Assembly: GCA_040326155.1 (NCBI GenBank)
Contig: JBEQLE010000003.1
Location: 9,725 to 73,724 of the forward strand
Source: Leptospirales bacterium
GTDB lineage: Bacteria > Spirochaetota > Leptospiria > Turneriellales > JAOUFE01
Direction of reading: 5' to 3'
DNA length: 64,000 bases
The notes beneath the pieces are model-generated. The model made no database searches, was not told the origin of the DNA, and saw nothing but the letters and a program-made list of their open reading frames with translations. Positions 18,517 through 27,201 of the stretch are shown here, one piece after another. The stretch's first letter is position 1, and each line of letters begins with the position of its first letter. Position numbers and translations under genes: made by a program.

Positions 18517-20385
18517 ATGGATAATCTTACACAGATGTTTAAAGAATCATCAGAAAAATTTGCAGACCGACCGGCGTTTGCATCCAGAGACAAGGACAAA
18601 AAGTACAACACAATTACCTATTCCGAACTTTTTCAGACGGCTGAACAACTTTCAATGGGTTTAATAAACGAAGGGGTAAAGGCTAAAGAGCATGTCGGTA
18701 TTTTTGCCGATAACAGACTCGAATGGATACTGGCAGATATGGCGGTTATCCTGGCTGGCGCAGCCGACGTTCCACGAGGTACCGATGTAAATGAACATGA
18801 TATTACATATATCGTCCCTCATTCTGATATGAAGGTATTGTTCGTACAAAACACTGCCATATATGAACGAGTAAAAAAGATTAAGCGAAAGTTGCCGAAT
18901 CTAAAGAAAATAATCATTATGGATAGCAGCGAAAAGACTCCGAAAGGGGCTTTATCGATGTCTGGTTTAATCGAAAAAGGTAAAACTTTAATTGAAAAAA
19001 ACCGAAAAGAGCTAGATAACCGATTTAAAAAAATTAAGCCTTCCGACTTGTGTACGCTTATTTACACTTCAGGAACGACAGGTACGCCGAAAGGGGTAAT
19101 GTTGACGCACGAGAATCTCGTCGCTCAATTGAAAAATGTTCCCATACATTTGTTCCCCGAAGATCGTTTAGTTTCTATTTTACCGATCTGGCATATTTTT
19201 GAGCGGACAATCGAGATGATATCGTTGAATTCAGGGTCTTGTACATATTACTCTACGATTCGCGATTTAAAAGAAAATTTTCAACTTGTAAAACCAACCA
19301 TGATGGCTTCGGCGCCTCGCGTTTGGGAAAGTCTTTACAACGGTGTTCATACTATGATTGCAAAATCGCCCGGAATAAAACAAAAGTTATTCGGCGCTGC
19401 TTATTTTCTTTCAAATCATTACAACAGGGCGCTTCGATTTTTATCCGGAAAAGAGTTGCGTATTTCCGGCGGCAATTTATTGATCAGAGTTGGTCGTGTA
19501 ATTCCTGAGGCTCTGGTATTAACTCTTTTGTTTCTACCGGAAAAATTGCTAGATACTATCGTATTGAAAAAAATACGTAAAGCTACTGGTGGAGCGTTTC
19601 GTGGAACCATTTCAGGTGGCGGCGCTTTACCGATGCATGTCGATAAATTTTTCAATAATATTGGCATACCCGTGTTGGAAGGGTATGGACTGACGGAAAC
19701 AAGCCCCGTTTTAGCCGTCCGTACTTTTGATAATCTTGTCGTTGGAACCATAGGTCCGCCGGTTCCCGAAACCGAGATAAAATTTCTTGATTTGGAAACA
19801 AAAGAGCAGATTTATCCTGGGAAGAAAGGGGTAAAAGGCGAACTCTGGGTTAAAGGGCCACAGGTTATGAAAGGGTATTATAAAAATCCGAAAATGACAA
19901 AGTCAGTACTGACAGCTGATGGGTGGTTTAACACCGGTGATCTTGGTATGGTTACTCATAATGACTGTATAAAACTTTACGGTAGAACGAAAGATACCAT
20001 TGTGCTTATGAGCGGTGAAAATGTAGAGCCGGTTCCTATTGAGAACATGTTGAACCAGTCGCATTATATTGACAACTGCATGCTGGTAGGGCAAGATGAG
20101 AAAAACCTGGGTGTTTTAATCGTTCCGAGCGCTATAGAGCTTGAAAAATATGGAAAGACGTTAAAGCAAATTGCTAAAAATGAGCAGGTACAGGAATTGG
20201 TCAAATCCGAAATCAAAAGATTGATTAATGCTGATAACGGTTTTAAGCCTTATGAAAGAGTTGTGTCGTTTAAAATTCTTGAGAAACCATTTCAAATGGG
20301 AGAGGAACTTACGGCAAAACTTTCCATTAAAAGGCATGTCGTTACCAAACAGTACCAGGCGGACATTGCAAAGTTCTATAAATAA
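18517..20385 (+). CDS. AMP-dependent synthetase / long-chain acyl-CoA ligase
   Basis: SD AGGAG. AMP-binding motif YTSGTTGTPKGV, plus GYGLTE and TGDLG. Confidence 0.88.
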   Translation: MDNLTQMFKESSEKFADRPAFASRDKDKKYNTITYSELFQTAEQLSMGLINEGVKAKEHVGIFADNRLEWILADMAVILAGAADVPRGTDVNEHDITYIVPHSDMKVLFVQNTAIYERVKKIKRKLPNLKKIIIMDSSEKTPKGALSMSGLIEKGKTLIEKNRKELDNRFKKIKPSDLCTLIYTSGTTGTPKGVMLTHENLVAQLKNVPIHLFPEDRLVSILPIWHIFERTIEMISLNSGSCTYYSTIRDLKENFQLVKPTMMASAPRVWESLYNGVHTMIAKSPGIKQKLFGAAYFLSNHYNRALRFLSGKELRISGGNLLIRVGRVIPEALVLTLLFLPEKLLDTIVLKKIRKATGGAFRGTISGGGALPMHVDKFFNNIGIPVLEGYGLTETSPVLAVRTFDNLVVGTIGPPVPETEIKFLDLETKEQIYPGKKGVKGELWVKGPQVMKGYYKNPKMTKSVLTADGWFNTGDLGMVTHNDCIKLYGRTKDTIVLMSGENVEPVPIENMLNQSHYIDNCMLVGQDEKNLGVLIVPSAIELEKYGKTLKQIAKNEQVQELVKSEIKRLINADNGFKPYERVVSFKILEKPFQMGEELTAKLSIKRHVVTKQYQADIAKFYK

Positions 20386-20414
20386 AGATGTAAAAGTTCA
20401 CCGTTTTTTAATTT

Positions 20415-21584
20415 ATGTATGCCGATGTATTACAATATTTTTTGATTTTGCTATTGATAACTCCGTGGTTTTTGTACCCGGCTATTGTGTCGTTACTTGC
20501 CATTGTAAAATTAACGATTAAACCGGTGGGGAAGAATGCAAAACTTCCCCCTGGCGACTTACGCATATCAATAATTATTGCCGCATATAATGAAGAGAAA
20601 AACATTCAATCGCGTATAAAAAATATATGGGACTGTAATTACGATAAAAATTTAATTGAAATTATTGTGGGCTCTGACGGTTCTAATGATAATACAGTCG
20701 CTATTACAAAAAAACTGGCCAGAAAACAAAAACTCATAAAGCTTGTTGAATCAAAAAAACAGATAGGTAAAGCCTATATACACAATGAAACTGTTAAACA
20801 TGCTACTGGTGACATATTACTTTTTACCGATGCCGATACCGAGTTTGATTTGAATTTTCTTCAAAGTATCGCCAATCGTTTTAACAGTAATAAGAAGATT
20901 GGTTATGTCAGCGGACGTTTAATATTTCATAATCGCAATACCAGCCATGTTACCCAGAATTCTGATATATTCTGGCGTTTTGAACAATGGTTGCGTCATG
21001 CAGAAACCGTGTTGGGCATTTACATGGCCGGTACAGGCGCCTGTTCTGCTGTTAGGGCTTCTTTGTTTGTACCGCTATCGATCACCGGCGATACGGACTC
21101 CATTACACCAATGGATGTTGTAGCACAAGGTTATAAATGTTTTCACGAACCGAGTGCAATTGCTTATGACGAATATCCAGAGACTGAAAAAAAAGAGTTT
21201 AATGCCAGGGTTCGCATTTCTTCAAAAAATATACTTGCACGGTTTCAACGGTGGAACCTATGGGCGATGCTAAAAAAGCCGATTTATGCAATAACTTTAA
21301 TTGCACATAAATACCTGCGCTGGTTTTTCCCCCTTATTTTTTTAATACTCACTTTCTTTGCTATCATTGTACAAACGAAACTTATAATTTCTTATCTGGT
21401 GATTGGTGGCGGGTTTTTATTCTTTTTTCTGGCGGCATTGCACCTTCTTGCCAAGAAAAAAATATCGAAATTGTCGCTATTTTATAATTTCGTTCTTGTA
21501 AACATTGCTTTTTTAGTTGGCACTTATCGCGTGATCACCGGTAATGTATCAGGTGTTTTTACTCCTACAAATAAGATTGACTGA
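20415..21584 (+). CDS. family 2 glycosyltransferase (membrane-associated)
   Basis: ISIIIAAYNEEKNI and FTDADTEF (DxD). Has C-terminal TM helices. Confidence 0.8.
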   Translation: MYADVLQYFLILLLITPWFLYPAIVSLLAIVKLTIKPVGKNAKLPPGDLRISIIIAAYNEEKNIQSRIKNIWDCNYDKNLIEIIVGSDGSNDNTVAITKKLARKQKLIKLVESKKQIGKAYIHNETVKHATGDILLFTDADTEFDLNFLQSIANRFNSNKKIGYVSGRLIFHNRNTSHVTQNSDIFWRFEQWLRHAETVLGIYMAGTGACSAVRASLFVPLSITGDTDSITPMDVVAQGYKCFHEPSAIAYDEYPETEKKEFNARVRISSKNILARFQRWNLWAMLKKPIYAITLIAHKYLRWFFPLIFLILTFFAIIVQTKLIISYLVIGGGFLFFFLAALHLLAKKKISKLSLFYNFVLVNIAFLVGTYRVITGNVSGVFTPTNKID

Positions 21585-21609
21585 TAAATAAGATTTGCTT
21601 TGGTGAACT

Positions 21610-22749
21610 ATGTGGAAAATCCCTTTATATAAATCAGATTTTGGCGACAGAGAAAAAGATGCTTTAATCGATGTTCTCAATGCTTCCTGGTATACAATGG
21701 GTCCAAAAACCGCTGGTTTTGAAAAAGAGTTTGAAACTTATTTACAAAACGGTCTTGAAAACAATGTCTATTGCACGGCAGTCTCGAGCGGTACAGCCGC
21801 GCTACATATCGCACTAATGCTATTGGACTTAAACAGTACCGACGAGGTTATTATTCCCAGTCTTACGTTTGTTGCAAATTTGAATGTTGTTCAACTGTGT
21901 GGAGCAAAAGCCGTAGTCGCCGATTCAGCTTCACTGGACGACTGGAACATGTCGCCCGAAAAAGTGGAATCGTTAATAACAGAAAACACAAAAGCCATTG
22001 TAGCAGTTCACTACGCCGGCTATCCCGTATCGTTGCAAATAAAAGATATTGCAACAAAACATGGTTTAGCGCTTATAGAAGATACTGCCCATGCAATTGG
22101 CGCTTCGGTAAACTCCCAAAAGTGCGGCACATTTGGCAACATGGCTGCCTTTAGTTTTTTTGCCAATAAAAACCTGGCTGTTGGCGAAGGTGGAATGTTT
22201 GTCACTTCAGACGAAAGTATGTACGAGCGTTCAAAATTACTACGCTCCCACGGAATGAGTACATCGTCTCGCGAACGCCATTATGGGGCAAACCCTTCAT
22301 ACGATATTTTACAACCCGGATTAAACTACAGAATCGATGAGTTTCGTTCCGCCCTCGGTCTAGTCCAACTCGAAAAACTTGACGCGAATAACGAATCCAG
22401 AAGAAAAATAACAGAATATTATATCAGCAGATTGAAAAACAGTCCGCTTACCATTCCTTTTGTCAAGATTGCGAGTAGTGTAAAACCCTCCTACCATATT
22501 TTCCCGATTTTATTGCCGCAAAAAGTTGACCGAGCCGTTTTCATGGACGCCCTGAAAGCGGAAGGAATTCAGGCAAGTATTCACTACCCTTCTTACAGAC
22601 AATTTTCTTATTATAAAGACATTATTGATCAGAAAACTCCCATTTCAGACGAAATTTCAAATCGTGTTGTTACATTGCCGCTCTACCCGACCATGACCGA
22701 AGACGAAGCCGAACAGGTTGTAAAAGCGGTTCTTTCAAATATCACATAA
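21610..22749 (+). CDS. DegT/DnrJ/EryC1/StrS-family sugar aminotransferase
   Basis: AVSSGTAALHIAL. FSFFANKNLAVGEGGM, which carries the PLP lysine. LRSHG. Confidence 0.88.
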   Translation: MWKIPLYKSDFGDREKDALIDVLNASWYTMGPKTAGFEKEFETYLQNGLENNVYCTAVSSGTAALHIALMLLDLNSTDEVIIPSLTFVANLNVVQLCGAKAVVADSASLDDWNMSPEKVESLITENTKAIVAVHYAGYPVSLQIKDIATKHGLALIEDTAHAIGASVNSQKCGTFGNMAAFSFFANKNLAVGEGGMFVTSDESMYERSKLLRSHGMSTSSRERHYGANPSYDILQPGLNYRIDEFRSALGLVQLEKLDANNESRRKITEYYISRLKNSPLTIPFVKIASSVKPSYHIFPILLPQKVDRAVFMDALKAEGIQASIHYPSYRQFSYYKDIIDQKTPISDEISNRVVTLPLYPTMTEDEAEQVVKAVLSNIT

Positions 22750-22752
22750 CAA

Positions 22753-22773
22753 CAAAAAAGGGGAAGTCTCCCC
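22753..22773 (-). terminator. rho-independent terminator oriented for the minus strand
   Basis: GGGGA-AGTC-TCCCC hairpin (22760-22773). On the minus strand it is followed by TTTTTTG. On the plus strand only TT follows. Confidence 0.55.
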
Positions 22774-22894
22774 TTCCACTTCGGCTGCCCTGCGGGCGAG
22801 CCTACGCTTAACCCCTCAATATTAAACCTTCAAGGTAACTTCGTCAATTGATGACGATACATCTTCGTCCATAGTATGCTCCTTGTTTTCCATT

Positions 22895-22914
22895 TTTTCG
22901 GACCGGTCCGAAAA
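22895..22914. promoter_or_regulatory. perfect 20-bp palindrome TTTTCGGACCGGTCCGAAAA
   Basis: Read directly from the sequence. Lies 22 nt upstream (minus sense) of a 16-codon sORF that has an AAGGAG SD. Confidence 0.35.
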
Positions 22915-23033
22915 CTCACCTTCACCTCTCGCCAGAGCGGTAAAGGCGAAACTATGCGCCGACCTGGCTCATACTATAGTAATAGGCAAAAAGAGCAAAA
23001 TATTTCACTTTTTGGAAAAAAAGATTGCGCGAA

Positions 23034-23411
23034 CTAAGGTTTTCGAAAATATTTTATTTTGCCCTTTAGATTTTTAAAGTCAACATCCTGGGTCCATAAA
23101 GTTGCGTTATACAGTAATGTTGTTGCATATATAATACTGTCAGCCATGGGAACATTATATTTGCAACTAAGCTTGGCTGCGCTGATCGCATTTTCCTGAT
23201 CTAAATCAACGACTTTACCTTGTTGCATGTGGGCAATCGCAGTTAAGGCAATGTCTTCATTGGTTTCGCTAAGTAATTTTTTAAAAACTTCATAAAGTGT
23301 TATGGAAGGCACTATCAATTTCTTTGTATTTTCTATAGGTTTGGAAAATAGATTAGCTCTATTAGAGTCAGAAAAGTATTCTATCCAGCCGGATGAATCG
23401 ACTATGTTCAA
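23034..23411 (-). CDS. vapC: PIN-domain ribonuclease toxin VapC
   Basis: 125 aa. Acidic PIN residues in context: IVDSSGW, LYEVFKKL, MADSIIYATT, WTQDVDF. TTGA overlap with vapB. Confidence 0.85.
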   Translation of the reverse strand: MNIVDSSGWIEYFSDSNRANLFSKPIENTKKLIVPSITLYEVFKKLLSETNEDIALTAIAHMQQGKVVDLDQENAISAAKLSCKYNVPMADSIIYATTLLYNATLWTQDVDFKNLKGKIKYFRKP

Positions 23412-23614
23412 ATTCGATCTTCTTCGCGATCTATGTTAGAGTCAATTCCTTTTGCCAACCCGCGCAACGACTTGATGTTTTTCAAGGGTATGACTTCGAT
23501 TCTACCGTCATAGGAAATAACTTCGACCTTTTGACCGGGAGTAATATTTGATTTTTCGCGAACCAATTTCGGTATTACAATTTGATATTTTGAAGAGATA
23601 GTTACTGTACTCAT
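23408..23614 (-). CDS. vapB: AbrB/SpoVT-fold antitoxin VapB
   Basis: 68 aa. SSKYQIVIPKLVREKSNITPGQKVEV is a swapped-hairpin AbrB-type motif. Directly upstream of vapC. Confidence 0.8.
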   Translation of the reverse strand: MSTVTISSKYQIVIPKLVREKSNITPGQKVEVISYDGRIEVIPLKNIKSLRGLAKGIDSNIDREEDRI

Positions 23615-23743
23615 AATAGCAATATATTAAATCTGCCACAAAATTGCAACTATTTTTTGATCGATCTAATAATCGTTGAACGAGCATGGCATCGGTATTG
23701 TCGTCTACAGAGGTTTGAGGATTACCGTTTCCGATGTTCCAGC

Positions 23744-25294
23744 TTACATGGCGTCGGGTATGAATGCAAATATTGATTTATATTTCTTTTCGATGTCTGC
23801 AACTTCATCATCATCCAATTGGGAAAATTCATTTATTCTGGTCCTTTGCGAGAAAAGTCCGTTATTTTGTTCCAGAAAACGAAGTAAAAGTGCGACATTT
23901 TTATCGGGCATCTCAAAATGGTCATCGAGGTAAGATTTCATTTCATCGTATTTTTGAAGGTAAGATACTTCTTCGGGTATAATATTGCGAAGGGTGTCTT
24001 CAACACAATCATATAAAAACTCGGCTTGCCTGGTGGCGTCAAAGAAACTGTATAAATCCATTGTCTCATTCAGGACTTCAATGTTGTTCTCAGGGGTGAT
24101 GGTCCATTTTATAAAGTCCAGCAATGGTTCTGAATAGGACTCCAGGGTTTGGCGGTAATCATCGATATGGTTTAAAATTGACGCAGACACTGGAAAAATA
24201 ATACCTTGCTCTGCAAGTTGTTTTTTGGAAAGAACATGGTGAATAAGATAACGGTGTAACCTGCCATTGCCGTCTTCGAGGGGGTGAATAAATACAAAGC
24301 CAAAAGAGATCACGGCTGCGGCGAGCACGGCATCAAACCCAGGGTCTTCCAAAAGCTTACTTGTTTCCATCAATCCGTCGATGAGTTTTTCCAGATCTTT
24401 CCACCTCGCGCAAATATGATCGGGAATCGGTTCGCCGGTGGTCCTGTCGTGCTCCCCCACAAAACCGCCTTGTTCGCGAAAACCCATATTCATAAAGCGG
24501 TCGCTTGCAATAATTATCTGTTGCAATCGGAGAATTTCATTTTTCGATAAAGGCTTTAAACCGGCCTGACCGATGGCCCTGCCCCATCGCGATGCCCGGG
24601 CGCCGCCAGGCTCTTCACCCTCTATGGCAAAAGAGGCTTTTGAATCTTTCAGCAGCAAAAAAGCGGAAGCGCGCCGTAACACGTCTTTGTGAATACTGCT
24701 CAGGTAGGTCTGTTTTTGATCGGAAAGGTTAGAGCTGGTCATGGCTTTGAGTTTGGCACTCTTATAAATGAGCGGGCAGAAGGTTCGGGTTCCCGGCAGA
24801 TTATTGAGAATGCGGTGGCGCGGCGAGCGGACGCCCTCGATGGTAAACTGGATGTCGTCATCAAGCAAGGGAACATAGTTTCCCGCGCTGAGATTCGGCA
24901 AGTCAAGTTGATCTTGCGTTAACCACTCATATAAAAACCATATTTTTCGGCTATACTGCCCCGAAGGTTCGATTCGTATAAGATCGAGCACTTCATCTTT
25001 GGTCAGTTTGGCAAACAGTCGATTCAAAACCAATAAATTTATCCCTTCGTATTTGATGGCAAAAATCAGTTGCTTATACAAATTATCTTCAGGTTGGTGC
25101 CTCGGGGTAAAAACCAGCCACCCCTCTTCTTCATATTGCCTTTTTTTTGAGCTGATCAAACAAAGAGTATGAGGAAGCGGCAGGGGCAAATCGAGGGCGT
25201 CAATGATGGACCCATAACCCGCAATCAAACCCGTCTCGGGCACCTCTCTTCCGTGAAAAACAGTTATTTTACGTGAAAAACGATTATATTTCAT
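23744..25294 (-). CDS. Fic-domain protein (AMPylase family), class II with an N-terminal inhibitory motif
   Basis: Fic motif HPLEDGNGRLHR. Upstream SFAIEG matches the inhibitory (S/T)xxxE(G/N) motif. The listed start at 25345 is TTG, and the ATG at 25294 (MKYNRF) is preferred. Confidence 0.85.
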   Translation of the reverse strand: MKYNRFSRKITVFHGREVPETGLIAGYGSIIDALDLPLPLPHTLCLISSKKRQYEEEGWLVFTPRHQPEDNLYKQLIFAIKYEGINLLVLNRLFAKLTKDEVLDLIRIEPSGQYSRKIWFLYEWLTQDQLDLPNLSAGNYVPLLDDDIQFTIEGVRSPRHRILNNLPGTRTFCPLIYKSAKLKAMTSSNLSDQKQTYLSSIHKDVLRRASAFLLLKDSKASFAIEGEEPGGARASRWGRAIGQAGLKPLSKNEILRLQQIIIASDRFMNMGFREQGGFVGEHDRTTGEPIPDHICARWKDLEKLIDGLMETSKLLEDPGFDAVLAAAVISFGFVFIHPLEDGNGRLHRYLIHHVLSKKQLAEQGIIFPVSASILNHIDDYRQTLESYSEPLLDFIKWTITPENNIEVLNETMDLYSFFDATRQAEFLYDCVEDTLRNIIPEEVSYLQKYDEMKSYLDDHFEMPDKNVALLLRFLEQNNGLFSQRTRINEFSQLDDDEVADIEKKYKSIFAFIPDAM

Positions 25295-25393
25295 AGTAAA
25301 CCGTGAAAAACAGGTATAATTTGGGGTAAGTAGATGACATAGCAATCCTTTTTTGGGGACTTTTTTGTGCTCCGAAAGGGCTATTTCCGGCTG

Positions 25394-26791
25394 TCATCTA
25401 CCCTGAAGGTGCAAAATAACTTTTATAGTTCGAATTAATATAGTAAGGTCGAGCAGCAGACTGTAATTTTTTATATAGTATATATCGTATTCAAGTTTTT
25501 CTCGGGCGTCTTCAATGGAGGCTCCATAAGGATACATTACCTGGGCCCATCCGGTTATACCGGGCTTTAATGAGTTTCGTAAATTATAATACGGAATTTT
25601 AGCTTTCAGCTTTTTATCAAATTCCGGTCTTTCGGGCCGGGGGCCGATAAAGCTCATTTCTCCTTTCAATATATTTAGAAGTTGTGGCAGTTCATCAAAA
25701 CGTAGCTTACGAATAATTTTACCAACTCTGGTTACCCGTTCGTCGTTTTTACTCGCCCACTGCGCCCCTTTTTTTTCTGCATCGGTACGCATGGAACGAA
25801 ATTTATATAAAGTGAATGGCTTACCATTTACCCCGGTTCTAGTTTGCTTGAAAATAACAGGTCCTTTTGAATCGAGTAATACAAAAAGGCTCGTTAATAA
25901 CAACAAAGGAGAGGAGATTATGAGTCCAGATATAGCTACGACAATGTCGATGAGGTTTTTAACCCGTATACCGATGGGATTATGAATAAGATCAAAACCA
26001 TGGGAAAACACAAACCATTTTTTATTTATATTCAGAACGGGAACTTTTTGCCATGTCATCTCGTAGAAATCGGTCAGGTCATAGACGCGAACACCCGATA
26101 AGCGAGCTTGCATTAGCTCGTTTTGCATTGCATTTGTAATGGCGTCACTATCGGAGCAGGCTAAAACAATTCCCTTTGGTTGCATTGTTTTCCAGTGGGA
26201 AAGTTTGTTCCAGCCGCCTATAATTCTTTTGGGTTTAACTCCCATTTCAATTAATTTCTTTTTATCCGACGCAAATTGCTTCGTCAGAACTTCGTATCTG
26301 GATTGAAATTTGGACTGTTTTAGATCTACTAAAAAAGGCGAAAGGGTTTCCAGGTCTCCGAGTAACAACCAGAAGTCCTGTGAAAGTTTTATACGAACCA
26401 TACGACTGGTTACCCAGCGAATAATACCAACCCAGACAACATATTGAAACATTGCGAAACTAAATATTCCGCGTCCCGTTAGACCACCCTGGTATCGTAA
26501 GGGGGTCAGAAATAAAATCGTGTTGGTTATAACAATAAGTAAAACTCCGGTTATAAAAGTACGATTTATAATAAAATTATTAGACCGCCTTTCGTCAAAA
26601 TTGTTTAAGTTTAGAATATACTCTATAGAAAAAGAGATTGAAATAATTAAAAGCAGCAACCAGGAGAACGCATAATTCGGCGCCAACTGATTTTTATAAA
26701 CATAATAACTGACGTTAAAAGAGCCTGCCAGTGCTGCAAAATCGAATAAAAAAAGAAAAAAGGTACGCCTGGCTTTTTTTTTAATAAACAT
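25394..26791 (-). CDS. polyprenyl-phosphate glycosyl-1-phosphate transferase (WbaP/bacterial sugar transferase family)
   Basis: N-terminal TM block. The C-terminal domain has KFRSM, DELPQL, GPRPERPEF and SLKPGITGWAQV. Confidence 0.88.
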   Translation of the reverse strand: MFIKKKARRTFFLFLFDFAALAGSFNVSYYVYKNQLAPNYAFSWLLLLIISISFSIEYILNLNNFDERRSNNFIINRTFITGVLLIVITNTILFLTPLRYQGGLTGRGIFSFAMFQYVVWVGIIRWVTSRMVRIKLSQDFWLLLGDLETLSPFLVDLKQSKFQSRYEVLTKQFASDKKKLIEMGVKPKRIIGGWNKLSHWKTMQPKGIVLACSDSDAITNAMQNELMQARLSGVRVYDLTDFYEMTWQKVPVLNINKKWFVFSHGFDLIHNPIGIRVKNLIDIVVAISGLIISSPLLLLTSLFVLLDSKGPVIFKQTRTGVNGKPFTLYKFRSMRTDAEKKGAQWASKNDERVTRVGKIIRKLRFDELPQLLNILKGEMSFIGPRPERPEFDKKLKAKIPYYNLRNSLKPGITGWAQVMYPYGASIEDAREKLEYDIYYIKNYSLLLDLTILIRTIKVILHLQGR

Positions 26792-27201
26792 ATCAGTTAT
26801 TGAAAATCCTGGTATTATACCAATCTTAAAAACGAATAGACCCGTAAAGAATTAGTTACAAAAATGTTGCATCGAATTTGGTGCTGTAAATTGGGGGAAA
26901 ATAGAAAATCGGGTCAGAGAATTTACCATTTTTCTCCGCAGATGGCTGAAAAGTCAAAATAATATTTTTAAGGGTTAAATTTGCAACTATATATTGCTTG
27001 TCGGCGCGTCATAGTTTTAGATTCTTTTAAAAGTATGATTCTTGATTTTGTATGCGTTGGGCCGGGTAGAAAAAGTTCTTTTCTAATGCGTCAAATTAGT
27101 TGATGACCAGGGAAATTTCAAACGCTTTTATTAATCATCCCGATAAACTCAGGTCGCAGACGTTTGTATTCGATAATAAGAGTAAAAGTGAAAGGTAAAA
27201 A

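Noticed and set aside
22895-22914. The 20-bp palindrome considered as a rho-independent terminator.
   Set aside because: The T-run precedes the stem and the A-run follows it on both strands, so neither orientation has a 3' U-tract. An operator or an RNA hairpin is more likely.
22883-23077. A 64-aa plus-strand ORF in the vapC-DegT gap.
   Set aside because: It has no SD, it overlaps the 3' end of vapC, and it runs across the palindrome. The region is better explained by the minus-strand transcript features reported as a finding.
26792-27201. A 410-bp gap between the sugar transferase gene and manC, including a 32-codon ATG ORF (MLHRIWCCKLG...).
   Set aside because: No SD, no conserved-looking structure and no repeats. 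I treat it as a divergent promoter region.
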